This document shows, one piece after another, positions 13,976-27,511 of a stretch of 64,000 nt of DNA. Within the stretch, counting starts at the first letter, position 1. Each line of letters opens with the position of its first letter. This stretch comes from Takakia lepidozioides. Lineage: Eukaryota > Plantae > Bryophyta. The position numbers were made by a program, and so were the translations under genes. The notes beneath the pieces are model-generated. The model had not been told where the DNA came from, made no database searches, and saw only the letters and a list, made by a program, of their open reading frames with translations. The stretch covers positions 83,080,001 through 83,144,000 of the forward strand of contig CM060731.1 in assembly GCA_030704615.1 (NCBI GenBank), written 5' to 3'.

Positions 13976-14875
13976 CCAATGAGTTCACTTCCTCCTGAGT
14001 CAAATCAGTTCCTGGCATGACAAGCCATACATGTGGTGGCTCAGGTCTGTCCTTCGCATCTCGGTGGACTCCCCCACGAACACACTGTTGAATGTCATGA
14101 GGACAAAACCAGAACTCATGCAATTTCGGTTTTGCAAAAACTGGGTTGTGGCACATTCCAATGTACTTCGGAGTTGGAATGCCAGACGATTTCGAAGGAC
14201 GGATCTGCTGCTTACAGGGCTGCCCGCTGTCAACACGAATACCCCAACATTGGGTGCGTGACAAGTTCGTTGTTCTTACAATATGCCAATTTGCAGTGGA
14301 CACTGAAGTCTCCAACACTGGTTTTCTGTACTGCTTTGGAACACTATTGTAGTTGTTGGGTGCCATGTCGTCCTCCTCATCCAGCTGCTCCACATGCACT
14401 CGGGAGCCATCTGCACCGGAAGCTCGCCTCGGTCCAGTCTGCAGGTTCATATCCGCCCACCATGAATGCTGATCCTCCTCCTCATCCAGATTGTGGACGA
14501 ATATCTTCCTCTTTGTAGTGCGTGTGAGAAGGTCACCTTCCAAACCATCCGCACGGTTATGCAGTGGTGTTCCAACAACAAATGTCTTGAGAGCCTCCGA
14601 CATTTGTTTGGGTCACTTGACCTCGATGCCGCACGCACCAGCAAATCCTCTCGGCTGGGTCCAACTCATTTTCTGCCCCCATTAAGGAACAAACGGTACC
14701 CGGATGTCTGCAGGCACGCACGCACGATATCATGTCGTGTTGCCATGTACAAGTTGGACTTCACCGAGCCACTCCCTGCATGCCAGCCCGTGTGTATCGA
14801 TTCGGACTATTCACATTTACCATGTCCGCGTCCTCCTCCAAACTGAGTCCTTGAAACAGACGAAAGTACTTGTAA

Positions 14876-15522
14876 TATGGGAAGTCGGCATAGACTTAGA
14901 GGCGTTAAAAACCGCAATGCACATACATGCCTCTGTGGACTACTCAGTTATAGAGACGGACATGGGAAGTCGACACAGAATTACGGACGTACCTGGGCAG
15001 ACAAACGGAATAAACATACTAGAAAGTCGTCACAGACTTCCCTGTCTGTACTTTGTTGGCATTGAGCTGGACATGGGAAGTCTGCACAGACTTACAGAGG
15101 TTTATGGATACAGATTCCGAAAAACACAGTGGTAAGTCGGCACAGACTTCTCTGTCTGCCCTCCGCACGCATGGACTTGGGAAGTCTGCACAGACTCATA
15201 GAGTGGGCTGGGCATACAATCACCATAACACACTGACAAGTCGGCACAGATTTCCCTGTCAGCACAGAAGTTCGAATGGGAAGATTGCACTGGTTTGTGG
15301 GCACAGAATCGCAATAGCACAATGGTAAGTCGGCACAGACTTCCCTGTCTGCCTCCGTGCGTATGGACATGGGAAATCTGGCCGAACTTGCAGAGGTGGC
15401 TAAACACACTGTCAGGCATGGTCGGCACAGACCATGGCAACCCATGGCAAGTTGGCACAGACTTCCCTGTCACGCACTCCGCATGCATGATGCCAGAGAT
15501 GGGAAGTCAGCACAGACTTCCG
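14876..15522. repeat. Array of ~11-14 palindromic AAGTC-GGCACA-GACTT motifs with variable spacers
   Basis: Copies near 14881, 14967, 15024, 15077, 15134, 15181, 15238, 15327, 15421, 15449 and 15503. Outliers at 12978, 16948 and 17037. Confidence 0.8.
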
Positions 15523-15619
15523 GAGCACACCTTGTGGCAGTGACAGCCTACCCGTCTGCTCATGTTAGCAGCCGCAAAAGCAATGGATAGAGTAGTGGTG
15601 AGATTGGCAACTGGATTCT

Positions 15620-16486
15620 TACCTCCCTCACAAATGACCCCGGCTGAGCATACCGGTATATCCACCACGAAAGCCAGCTATCAAGGGCGGGAATATCTTC
15701 TTCGGTTGCAGCTCCCGAAGATATCCACCATGATCTGATTGACATGAATGCCATCTCAGCTTCTGTTGTTGTGGCGGCCGACCTCCACTGTCCACACAAT
15801 TCAATGTATGCTGCTTGAAAGTTGGGCCGAATGAGGTCCTTTGTATGCCTCTGAAGACTCTCTCCCCAATGAAATTTGCAAGTTCTCTCCCTACCGGGCA
15901 TAGGCTTCCCGCCACCATAAACATTTCGAGCATTGGCATTGTCCGCCATGAATCCTCTAGAATGTGGTGGTCTCTTTCGTGCTCGGACCATCTGCTCATT
16001 GATGCTCTCCCACATGATCATTTGAGAGGCTATGTCTTCCGTTTTCATCTCGCAAATGGCGATGGTCATCAGCTTCCTGTAGTTGGGCTCGTACACATGG
16101 CAGGCCATTGTGCTCCATCCGTTTACTCGTTTCACACTGTCGAACATCACCCAGTTATTTTTCAATGGCTTGCCAACATTCATCATATCCACCAAATGCA
16201 CCCCGGATGCCGGGCCAACAGTCGACATCTTGAACACAAAGCACCATTGATGCTCGTTCCCTTGATCGGGAAATCTGTTGCCATGGATATAGTCATACCC
16301 ACACATAGACTTCATTTTCAACAAGCTTTGCATTTCCTCACCCCGACCTGTCTGTGACTTCATTTTATTGATGGTATGCTTATTCGTTGGGCTCCCAAAT
16401 GCTTCAACTGCATCCAGTAGAACATCGAACTCGTCGCTGTCAAGCTTGCATCTTTTGCCCCCATCGGCGGACATAATATGCTGCAT
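15620..16486 (-). pseudogene. MULE-like DDE transposase exon
   Basis: Motifs as in the MULE entry. The reading frame appears to continue after an intron near 14870 (ESIHTGWHAG...LYMATRHDIVRA). Confidence 0.6.
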
Positions 16487-17243
16487 GACAATGGTCTGCC
16501 CCGCACTCAGTTCGACAGCTTTTGGTCGTGCCGATGGAGACCCGATGAACTATTCTTTCAAAACCTCTTTTGCACACGCTGCAGCTTCTCTGGATACGCC
16601 TGTCGCACTCCTATGGGTGTGGCATCCCACATGGACTGCACATCGTGTCATAGCAGGAGGTCCACAGACGTAAAACATCTTGGCCGGACAAGCCTCCATA
16701 TAGGTTGGAGGCTGGTTGCATAGGGCGCAGACAAACGTCTTGTCCGGTACTGTACTTTGCGCTTGAAATCTGGTATCTGACGTTCAGAGCCACAAAGTGT
16801 TGTTGTGATACATCTCCCTCACAAAAAATGGGCAATCCCCCCGGACACATTTCAAACTCCCAACACAGGTGACATATCTGCAACCGATGGCCATCCCCAA
16901 AAATTCAGTGAAGCGGGAAGACAACCACATTTTGGTTGTCTTTGGGAAATCGGCACAGACTTCTCAAAGTAAGTGACGCATTCTAAAATTGCAGAAAATT
17001 CTTATAATACCGGAAGATAGCAAGACACACACGAGAAATCGGCACAGACTTCAGGAAGGATGAGAGACCATTAAACCTGACTGCCGTGTCTTTCTTCTCT
17101 AGCAACGACAATTTCAGATTTGTGGTTTTTGTTATAGTCCAGGGGTTTCCGTCATATTTCCAGTCCATACCGTCTGTCAAGGACAAGAACATGACTGAAC
17201 ATGATCTTTATAACAATGGACAAGAGTACAAGATACTGGAACT

Positions 17244-17992
17244 TGATAGAGGGCTGTCTGGGACTTAGACACTTTTACGGGTTCTGTGGAGTACCCTTAA
17301 TTTTTGCGCAGACTTACGATGGTAGACTTAGACCAACACATGCTTAGGGGGTGGTACACAAGGTTGCACAGTCAGTCACAGCCATACACCTTACACAGCC
17401 CAACACAGCCTTACACAGTCTGTCATAGTCTATCATAGCTCAACACAGTTTCACACAGCCAGTCACAGCCCGACACAGCTTTACACAGCCAGTCACAGCC
17501 GACACAGTCCGACATAGCCAGTCACAGCTCGGCACAGTCACAGCCCGACACAACTTGGCACAGCCCGTCACAACGTACATAGGGAACGGTTATCATTGGC
17601 TGGGAACAACTGTGTGGGAACGACATCTGCAGAGGGAACGTGCTTACTTCTTAGGTGACATTTAGTTAGTTAGGCGGTTAGAACAACTTGTAGATAAATT
17701 AGGCAGAGCAAGCATCATGGAGGACACTTCACGGAGGACACTTCACGGAGGGCACTTCTTGGTCATTCACGAGAGGAGATCGGGCGAAGAGCAGGAATTG
17801 GGAAAGGATGGAGAACGCGGTGAAGGAGGAGAGATGATTAGTAGATGCTTGATACATACAAAGCTGTAGTGATATACCGTAGAGCAGGCTAGGGACACCA
17901 TGGCTTTGGCCTGATATATGATAAGTCTTAATCTGATACTTATTCGATACAATCACACTGTGTAGAGAGACTTGAGTGAAGCTGTGGAATAA
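17244..17992 (+). mobile_element. LTR-like repeat with (ACAGCC/ACAGTC)n microsatellite, copy 1
   Basis: Starts with TG. Aligns with 20531-21320 (ctgtctgggacttagacact...gagatgattagtagatgctt...gaagctgtggaataa). Confidence 0.65.
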
Positions 17993-20530
17993 ATGGATGC
18001 GTGAATGGAACCTGATAGATACTGAAGCAATCTGATGCTTAAGTATACACAGTAAGGTAAATTGCTAACATGAAGGCAAGAAGAAATACGAATAGGAAGC
18101 ACAACCATGATACACTAGCTGTAGGTCATGACTAATTGTTCTGAGCGGGCTGAGTGCTTAGAGCACTACTACGTTTGGGGGGGGTTTAGCGATGCCTCAG
18201 CGACCTCCAAACGCCGCGCCTAGCGACGAAAATACACTACAGTGCCTAGGGCGCGCTGGGGACAAATTGTGACGTCGCGAAGTCGCCGCCACGTCGCTCC
18301 CGGAACATCGCAGATTAGCGACCTCAGGGAATCGCTAATCCCCCGGGTCCACCTAGCCACGACCAGCGACGGCCAAAAGACGCCGCCCCTTTGGGGCGTC
18401 GCAATATGGCGACTCCCAGGAGTCGCAACAAAGGGCAAGGAGGGGGGTCCATCCCTTCCCATGCGTCATGGGGCCGTTGCAAAGACGTCACCCATTCCCA
18501 GAATAAGCCACGCGGTGGTGTCGCCAAAACGTCGCAGCCTGGCGACGCCCGGGAATCGCCATGACGTCGCCACCATTTGGGGGCGTTGCTAGACCCCCAT
18601 GGGTAAGGAGGTTCTGTAGCGACGCCCGGGAATCGCAGGGACGTCGCAGCCCCCGGGGGCCGTCGCTAGCTCCACGTTGGCGGGTCATTTTGCGACGGCG
18701 GGGAATCGCAACGGCGTCGCTGGGTGCGAGGGTAGCCAGCTGGTATTTGGGGTGGGGTTTTGGGGTTTTTTTTTCGTTTTGGGGGGGGGGGGTGGGTTTT
18801 TCTTGGGGGATGGGGTGTGCCTCGTGCTTGCATGAAATGCATGCATTCTAATCTATAGGTTAGATTAGAATCCACATGTCCATTAAGGTTAGAATGAGGA
18901 TCGAAATGGTAACTGAAGAAATATATACATAAAGCGAGTACTACCTTTACATGTCTCTAACTGGGAACCATCCCTCACTCCTCATCACCTGAGTCATAGG
19001 TGTACTCGTCCGAGGAATGCAAGCTACGCTGGGCCTCCAATTTGGAGGATAATGAGGCCGAGTCCGAGATTACATCATCCTTCGAACCACCCCCTACTAC
19101 TGGCTCTCCCCCATCCGGCCGAGCCACTGAACTACCCATCCCCACCCCTACAGATGCACTATCCTCCGTCAATTGTGGCGTCTTGGCCATTGAGGCTACA
19201 AGGGCCTTCCACCCCTGAGTCTTGCAAAAGTTGTGCTCGATGGCGGAGGGAGGCCTCTCAAATTTATTTTTCTGCACATGACATATAAATGCAATGACAG
19301 GTCAGAATTCATAATGGAAGGGAGAAGCTAAAAAAGAAGAATGGGTATGACAAGAGAAAGAACACTTACGAATCGGGTGACAATACTCTTGCTTCCACCG
19401 GGGCCTCACTTGTGTGTTGATTCCGCACACTTCTTGAGGCGGGCTGCAGTTGCCGCACGTCCCCTTGCGAAGATCTCCGCCTTCAGCTCTTCCCTCTTCC
19501 CTGCGATGAGAGCCTCCCAAGATTCGTGTCCAGCCCCAACAAAGACACTATAAATGTTAATGAACTCCATACCGCAATGAACATGCATTCAAAGACACCA
19601 ATGACAACTGAAGTGCGTCTTACCTTGGTTATTCCATGTGGCATGGTCGTTGGTTCGACCCCCGCCTTGAGTGCCTTGCAAATGGTTTGTCGCGCACGGT
19701 ACCTCTTGTCCTTGAGGTTCTTTCCCACCAGCTCCAAGAGCTTCCCCTCATTCCACTCACCCGGAAATGTGCCCTCAAGTGCTTGCACGAATGCTCGCCT
19801 ATGGCGATGTGATTGGCGTGGCCAATCAATATGCCAAGGGAACCACCTCGCCGCCAAGTCGAAGGCTACTTTTTTCATGGCCTCCCAATACTCACCAATG
19901 GGGTCACCGACCTTATTGGTCTCTAAGGGGGGCACCTTCATCTTTGGCAAATCAAGGTTGTGGGGACCTGAGGTCTTTACCTCGTCCACGCTCTTCTGAA
20001 CTACCTCTCCCTTGTCTTTTGTTGCCCCGCTAATGCCCTCCACCGGCTGCACGCTCATCTGAACTAGCTCCCCCTTGTCTTTTGTTCCCCCACTAGTGCC
20101 CTCCCCCGGCTGCACCTCTCTCCTTCTACGCCTCTTTCTCTTACGCTCCCTCTCCTGGGCCTGTCCTTTCCCCTTCCCCTCCACTACTTCCCTACCCTCC
20201 TTGATGATTAGGGGAACCTCGAGGACACGACGTCTTTTCCTCTTCCTCTTACCATCCCCACAGGTAGGCACCACCACTGTCCCTGCTTTGTCGGTGGCAA
20301 TCCCACTGCTTGCCACGAGCTTAGCCACGAATGCGCCAAGCTCCTGAACACAAAACCCACAAAATTAGAAACAAACCAGAAACAAAATGAAAGGCAAAGG
20401 AAAGAAAAAAAGGTGAAGGAAAGAGGCTCACTTTTGCGTCCATGACCTCAATGTCGCCCTCGGTCCCCGCTTATGGTGCACCCCCCATAACGCCCTCTCG
20501 GAATAAGGGTGGAAGCCTATCCCATGCACC

Positions 20531-21620
20531 TGTTAGAGGACTGTCTGGGACTTAGACACTTATACGGGATCTGTAGGGTACCCTTAATTTTAGCACAGAC
20601 TGAGACCAACAGGAGCCTTAGGGGTGACAGCAGCGCACTGTAGAGGGGGGTTATACAGCCCGTCACAGCCGTCACAGCCGTCACAGCCGACACAGCCAGA
20701 CACAGTCAGCACAGCTCGTCACGGCCCGACACAGCCATCACAGCCAACACAGCCCGTCACAGCCGACACAGCCACACAGCCAGTCACAGCCCGTCACAGC
20801 CGACACAGCCACACAGCCAGTCACAGCCCGACACAGTCAAACACAGTCGCACAGCCAATCACAGCCCGTCACAGTTTCACGCAGCCAGTCACAGCTTGAC
20901 ACAGCTGTCACAATCATAGGGAACTGAGAGCAGGACAGGGAACGACTGTGGGGAACAACACCTGCAAATGGAACATGTTAGTTCACGGACAACGGTTAGT
21001 GAGGGAAACAGTTAGAGCCACGGGTAGGAAGATAAAGGGAGAAGCAAGGACTGAGTGGGGGGCTTTTTGGGGGATGATTCTTGGAAGCACGTCAGGAGAG
21101 AGAGAGGATCGGGCGGAGAGTAAGAACGGAAGCAAAGATGGAGAGCACGGTGAAGGAGGAGAGATGATTAGTAGATGCTTGTTATATGCAAAACTGTAGT
21201 GATATTGTATAGCAGATTAGAGACACAATGGCTTCGGCCTGATACCTGATAAATCATAATCTGATACTTATACGATACAACCACACTGTGTAGAGAGATC
21301 TGAGTGAAGCTGTGGAATAATGCCACTCCTTCTGTTTCTTTGCAAGAAAGATTAAGGGAATTGGTACAGGAAGAAGATCAATCACGAGGTGAGAGATCGG
21401 AGGTACATCCCTGGATAAAAGATTTGACAGAAATCTTTGATAAGTGTTGGCATAGAACACCAAAAGCAGGAACTCCAGTTTTCGAAGCGGAAGGTGAAGA
21501 AGGAGGAGAGGATGTGGCAGAGCCAACGGAGAGTTCAGACTCTCCAACACCATTACAGTTGAGTTACATGAGTGAAGAAGAAAACCAAGGACAGAACTTG
21601 GAGGATGAAAACAGGGAGAA
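20531..21620 (+). mobile_element. LTR-like repeat copy 2 plus short internal remnant, inserted in the CACTA element
   Basis: Starts TGTTAGAGG and is homologous to 17244-17992. (ACAGCC)n tract at 20655-20910. Interrupts CACTA sequence. Confidence 0.65.
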
Positions 21621-22264
21621 GAAACGCCTCCATGCAAGTGTCTCCTCCTCTCGTTGCTGAACAAGGTTATTGTATCTTGCCTCCCACTCATGTATGGATG
21701 GGGTGTTCTTCAGTATAAAGTCATGCGCGCTTGCTCAATCACCACGGTCGGCAATTTTACCCTCTTCGATTTTTTGGGCAAAACGATGTCCTTGATTCGT
21801 GCATCCTCCTCTTCCTTCCACATCCGAGGGGCTTCCTCATACCCTTGCCATGTACTCCGTGCAATAGAACATAGCTTCTGGAACGTATACCCCTCCGCCA
21901 TGCTACCCTCCGGGTGCGCCATTTGTCTTATAAATGCTTTCTAAGTCTTCATATAACGCTCAAGGAAGTACATCCACCGAGAATAAACGGGGCCGGCAAT
22001 CGAAACTTCTTCCACTAAGTGCACTACCAAGTGCACTTGGATGTCAAAGAAGGAGGGAGGAAGGGTCATCTTTAACATACACATTACCTCCGCCGCCTCC
22101 TTCTTCATGCGTGGAAAATCCGCTTCCTCCAACTCTTTGGAGCAAATCCACCGGAACAAGCCTCCCAATTTGTAGATTGTCTCGCGAACCTCGGGAGTCA
22201 ATCTCCCACGTACTGCAAATGGCAAGATGTCTTGCAATATATTATGGTAGTCGTGAGACTTCAA
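21620..22264 (-). pseudogene. CACTA transposase fragment (DUF4218 region)
   Basis: MKSHDYH...FFDIQVHLVVHLVEEVSIAGPVYSRWMYFLERYMKT, followed by HPEGSMAEGY after an in-frame stop. Confidence 0.85.
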
Positions 22265-23049
22265 ACCATGAACAGTGTCTTCGCTGAATTTTGTTCAGAT
22301 GATCCATACCCGGTTGGTGTCCAGATAGCACCTATAGTGGCTCTCACTTGACCATAAGTTACGCTCCCTTTAAGAGCGTCATTTTTTTTTAATATTATTA
22401 GATATACCAAATGTAATTATGAATGAATGTTAATGAGAGGGGGTGGAAAAAAACTCACATTTGCCGCATCCGCAATCAAGTTCTTTGCGTAATGTTTTTC
22501 GATAATATGCGGTCGCCGCCTCGGTGGTCTGGTGCCGCCCGACGGTTTTCGTGCCCAACACTTAGTGCACCAACACTCAATCCTGTCGGGGGGGTCAAAA
22601 GTGGACGTGCGTGGGCGTTGTGCTTCTGGACTAGCAGGGCTCTCACCACGGGGTGGTCCGCAAGGGGGAAACCCGCGGTGCGCCCGACTCGATCCCAGAG
22701 TGTCAATATCCTCCGCATCACCTGAAATTTGGCCCCGGTCCCTTCTACGATTGTGTCCGGATCAGGTGCAATGGGTCGCTCCTGGGCCACAATTGATATG
22801 TGGTACTGCCTCCCCATCCAAGAGGGAGACGGGTTGATGTTTCCTCACCATCGCATCCTAATTAACACACACCACCGGCACTTTCATTTCTCAAAACTGT
22901 TGGCAAAAAAACCCTATGTCATTTTTCCATCCTACGACAGGAAGGGGTCACTACGCCCCAATGCCGGGAGGCTGTAGCGACCCTGCGAAATTCAAACTCT
23001 AAAAGCCAGTATCAAGAAAATCCTATAAAGATAAAAACAAAAACCAGTC

Positions 23050-23195
23050 CCACATTGCCTAAGGGTCTGGGCCTTTGCCTCAGGCTCGGGACTTTCAAAA
23101 TTGGTAAACAAAGGTAGAGCATTCCTCTGGTGAGAGAGCCCAAGACAATAAATCCTTCCTCACGTTCTATCTTCAGGTTGCCCACACCATGGAAA
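23050..23195 (-). mobile_element. Old remnant of the same LINE family (3' region)
   Basis: ggctcgggactttcaaaattggtaaaca resembles gcctcgagactttcaaagttggtaaaca at ~5833. Confidence 0.55.
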
Positions 23196-23940
23196 TAGTA
23201 GTGAGACCTAGCGTTTTGCGCTTATCAGATTGAACCACTTTTCTATATGTGAATCCTAATTACACCGTTTATCCTTTCAACCCCAACACCCACAACCAAA
23301 ACCGCCAATCCAAAACCTAGCACCATAAAGAAAAACAAACACCCTACCCCAGTACCATAGTTTAAATTTATTTAAAAATAGTAATTATAAAATAAATAAA
23401 TAAATAATTTAAAAACAAAAAACAAAAAAAACAAAAAAAACACTAAGAACCCCAAAAGGCCCTAAACCCTGAACCTAAAAAGCCCGGCCATCGCTGCCTG
23501 TGACACCAATGCGACGGTTATTTGGGATTTGTGAGGCCGGGGGTCGTAAGCAGCGACAGCCCGCCGTCGCAAATACCCAGTTTGAATTTCAAAAAAAAAA
23601 ACGTGGCGTAGGCGTGCGACGGCCGGGCGTTGCACGTAGGCGCTGTGCCCATCGTTTTTTCTAAGTGCTTGAAGCACCTTCTCCCCCCCCCCCCCCCTTT
23701 TCATTTGTTATTTGGGAGAGAGGGAGTTGAGAGAGTAGGGTTTAGGGTGGAGGAGAAACCAACCTGATGCTGAGCCCGAGGTGGTCGCCCCAACGCCGCT
23801 CCAATGCCCCGCTCCAACGCTGCAGGTAAGCTGTGCCTCCTCCCTCACTTTCTCTCTTGCTCTTTTGCCCTAAACTCAGGCGCACCTCTCTCTCCCATGT
23901 GTGATAGAAACGCCGCGCAGAGGCGGGAGCAAAAGAAGCT

Positions 23941-23979
<39 letters not shown>

Positions 23980-24101
23980 TGGGTGAGCGGGGGAGAGAGG
24001 CCCTGCAGTGGCGGGGTCGACCCGCGCCGTTGGCAGCCGCGACAGCAACGGTAGCAGTGCCCGCGGCACCACCAACAGCAGCAGCAGTAGAGGTAGGTTA
24101 G

Positions 24102-24193
24102 GGTGGAGAGATGGTCTATGGTTCTGTCTCTGTCATGTGGGATCAAGGGAAAGATGTGGAGAGTTGTCCATAACTTGTATGTCACACCAAAAG
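24102..24193 (+). mobile_element. ~90-bp internal LINE RT fragment next to GA-rich tracts
   Basis: Encodes [15 protein letters not shown], identical to the LINE at ~7110-7160. Confidence 0.7.
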
Positions 24194-25420
24194 TGAGAGA
24201 GAGAGAGGGACAGAGGGGGAGAGAGAGGGACAGAGGGAGAGAGAGAGGGAGAGAGAGGGAGAGAGAGGAAGAGATGACGAAACCAAAAAAAAAAAAAAGG
24301 TGGGGGGGGGGGGTGCCTGATCTCTCCCTCTCTCCCTCTCTCTCCCTCTCTTCAATCCTGTTACTATAATTTTTGGTTTCTTTCTTTTTAAGAAGAAACA
24401 ACAGGAGGAACCTGTCACGTTTTAGACCTGTCATATTTTAATGGAATCTTTTTGAAATAAGACAGCTCAATGGTAGTCTAAAAAACTTTAATAGATGGCA
24501 GGGGTATTCCCTGACCACTAACTGGTTTTTTATATTTACTTTTGAGTTTGTTTTCTTGGATTTCATGATTTTAGACATGGTCTAATGATTTTTTATCCTG
24601 CAACTTGCTGGTTATATCCCCAATAGACTAGCAAAGTGCTAGTTCTATTACCTATGGGATTTGACCCCTGGACTACATAAGATGACCTGGCATAGCATGA
24701 CAATGGCATGGCAAAGTCATATGACATGGGGCTAGCTCTCTCTTCAATCTTGTTGATTGTGTTTCCTGTTTTTTCTTTCTTTAAAGAAAACAACATGGAG
24801 GGACCTGTCATTTTTCAGACCAAGACATTTACACATGTGAGATGGATAAAATAGTGACATGATATTACCCTTTACCTAAATCCAATTGGATTTAAAATAT
24901 TGGAAGGGGATTCAGGTTAACGGAATTGTTTTGAAAAAAAAGACAACTCAATCATTCTAAGACCTTACTGGATGACAGGGAATATTCATAGTCCATTGAT
25001 TGGGTTTTTCACTATTCCTGCTGTTCAGGTCCTTGGAGTTTGATCCCTGGACCATTTGGATACTGATTAAATTAAGTAAAGGCAGACAATATATTTGTGC
25101 AGGTCACGATGAAAGATGTGTTGATTATTTTCACCATGATGATTGGTTAAGATACGTGTCTCTACTTGGTCTCTTGGAAGTTTGATCCTTGGACCAGTTA
25201 GATATAATTTAATCTAAAGGCAGATAAGATATCTGATATAATCCTCTACATCTGTTCACTATACTTTATGTTCTTTGAGGTTTGATCCCTGGGCCATCTG
25301 AATACTACTGAAGGCAGATAAGGGATGATGGAAGAATGATAAATATTATCATCTTGATAGATGATTAAAATTCAATTTTCTGTTTAAACCGGGAACAACA
25401 ATATATGTTTTTTTCCTGGA

Positions 25421-26247
25421 TGTTGGGATCTCATATAGGGTTCAATCTATTTTTCATCCCTAGAGTTTCCTGGCTTAACTGAAAGCAGGCTGTCTCACGT
25501 TACTGGCGGATTAACCTTACGTTTCTATGATTATATGTCAAGGACTCGTGTACCATTCAGGTACAACGAGTATCTAGTCATGAATATGTAGAGCAGTTTC
25601 ATTAGGCGCTGATTCTAGAGTGGTCCAGGAATTAGCGTGGTCCAAGAGTTAAAAGAGGGGACCAATGTATTAAGGCCATTTGTATTATTTAATGAAATGA
25701 AGGGTCCAAAAATTAAGGATTGACTTTCTAGCGTGGGCTTTCTAGATAGTTCTAGTTCTAGTTGACTTTCCAGTTTCTAGATAGTTCTACTAATATGTCG
25801 GTCCGGTGAGAAGCAACTGCCTAGTTGCTTGTAACTTGTGTCTTCAAGATGCTGGCACAAGCACTAGTAGCGTGTCTCACTAGTGGTTTGAGAGCCAGAG
25901 CCAACGTGAGTAGTTCTTTGCTATGTTGGGGGTCGGGGCAGGTATGGCAGGTATGGCATGTAGGATCAAAGTGGCTGCAAGAGGGAAAGACAAGGTGGCC
26001 GAGGGTGCAAAGAAGTTCATAGAGGCAAGTGTTACTATCAGCGTGGGTGGAGGAGATATCGACGTCACATCAAGTCCCCTTTATTCCACTTGTTCACAAA
26101 TTACCATGCATTTTAGTGACTGGTGGCTTCCTGTATAGCAACCTCCAGTAGGTTGACTCTCGGTTCTCATTTCTGCAACTCTTGCGTTACCCACTTTTCA
26201 AACTTTCTATACTTTATTAATAAAGTTTGACGCTCGACCATCCAACA
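25421..26247. repeat. Possible LTR (TGTTGG...CCAACA)
   Basis: 6-bp inverted termini and an AATAAA near the 3' end. No matching TSD. Confidence 0.3.
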
Positions 26248-27154
26248 ATTAAAAGAAATCTCAATATCTAACTTAGGACAGTTAAGTAAGATAACTCCTA
26301 CAAAGAGTATTGGGACAGGAAGTCCCATGATGAATCCTGCAGTGGTTTCTTCATTACGGCAGTCTGGATGAGGCGGTTACCCTAAGCCCGTGCTTTACTT
26401 GGAGGAAATCTGGTAAAGACTACCTGCAGACAACAAAGAATAAGTAATCAGACCTATCAAAGGGAGGTACTTGAGTAAGTGATTATGCAAGGGTCTTTGA
26501 AAAAAGATTGGGGGTTCTTTTGATCAATTGCTACTGGAGATAAGCTATTTTCTGAGGGCCTTGTGGAGGCGAACAATAGCGGTTTGTCATGACTGCTTCA
26601 AGGGTGGTTGTGTAAGATGCCAAACTGGTGTCAGAAGCTTTCCTCTCTGATGATGAAGACACAAAGATCGAGATGTTGTTTGTACGAGATGTGCTACCAT
26701 ACCTCGTTGAGATTGCAAAAAGGCGATGCCATATGTCACCATATCTGGAATTGCAAGAATTCTTTGGACAAATGGCCTAGCAGTAACACGATCAACAAAG
26801 GTCGAGAAGCTCTCTTGTACACGGGGTGCTATCATACTTAGTTGAGATTGCAGAAAGGCGATGTCATTTGTCACCATCTCTAGTGTTGCATGAATTTTCT
26901 GGACAAATGGCCTGGCAGTAACACGATCCAGCGAAGGGATCATGACTTGGTTGCAGCAGTTCTTTCCACTGCCACAAATCATAGATGATTTCTAGGCAAC
27001 TACAAAACAAAGGAGATTCTTTGGGAGTCCTTTGCATGATTACTTCAGGAGATATCGAGTAACGTGACGAGATGCTTTCCAAGATCCTGGAGACACCTGG
27101 TGATGATGACCGTGCAGGAATGGCGGCATCTTTGCATGCCATATATACGCCGTT

Positions 27155-27511
27155 TGTCAAGTTAAATAAGCACAGTGTGAAAACAACTAGAATAAAGCTA
27201 GTTATTTGTATTTAACACTTGGATTTAGGTCAAGTGTTAAATCAGGTGTCAAGTTTAGTTTGACACCTGAACCGTCTTATCTTCACGAGAGCAGCAGTCG
27301 CGCAGCTCATCTCTCTCGAGTTGAGCCTGCGTGACCGAGCTCCTTCATGCGTTTAGATCTGAGTGTGCTTATGATGGGAGTGTAGGTTGTTATGGGGTGG
27401 AGTCCCCATAGCTTGGGGTGCCCCTGGCTTGACTTCTATTTTTAAAGAGTGATAGCGATGGATTTCATATTTCTTGTGTTGAGAGTGTGTGTCCTTTTAG
27501 CTTGTTTATCA
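27155..27511 (+). repeat. Terminal repeat A (357 bp, TGTCAAG...TATCA), copy 1
   Basis: Near-identical to 37786-38139 and 49836-50195. Confidence 0.95.

Larger units (their letters stand above)
12960..17240 (-). mobile_element. Degenerate Mutator-like (MULE) DNA transposon with SWIM finger
   Basis: 15560-16486 has MULE-like motifs (WVMFDSVKRV, FMADNA, CKFHW). 13481-13975 has a SWIM finger (YECTCPDF...CKHIYWI). Boundaries are approximate and no TIRs were resolved. Confidence 0.65.
18164..22990 (-). mobile_element. CACTA/En-Spm DNA transposon, degenerate and interrupted
   Basis: CACTACTAC terminus at 18164 followed by dense GCGACG/CGTCGC subterminal repeats (18190-18720). Transposase pieces at 21710-22264 (KSHDYH, PPSFFDIQVHLVVHL, RWMYFLERYMKT, HPEGSMAEGY). 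Putative second ORF at 19483-20328. Confidence 0.8.

Noticed and set aside
14876-15522. CRISPR array
   Set aside because: Eukaryotic TE context, repeats only 16-18 nt and degenerate, spacers irregular and partly self-similar, no cas genes.
20624-20899. Short ORFs in (ACAGCC)n, (GA)n and GC-rich tracts (also 20-282, 18220-18875, 23742-24434, 50284-50832)
   Set aside because: Low-complexity or subterminal-repeat artefacts with no domain signal.
18164-23203. Intact CACTA element ending at TAGTAGTG (23196-23203)
   Set aside because: The 3-bp flanks do not match (GAG vs AGA), and subterminal-type repeats continue to ~23660.
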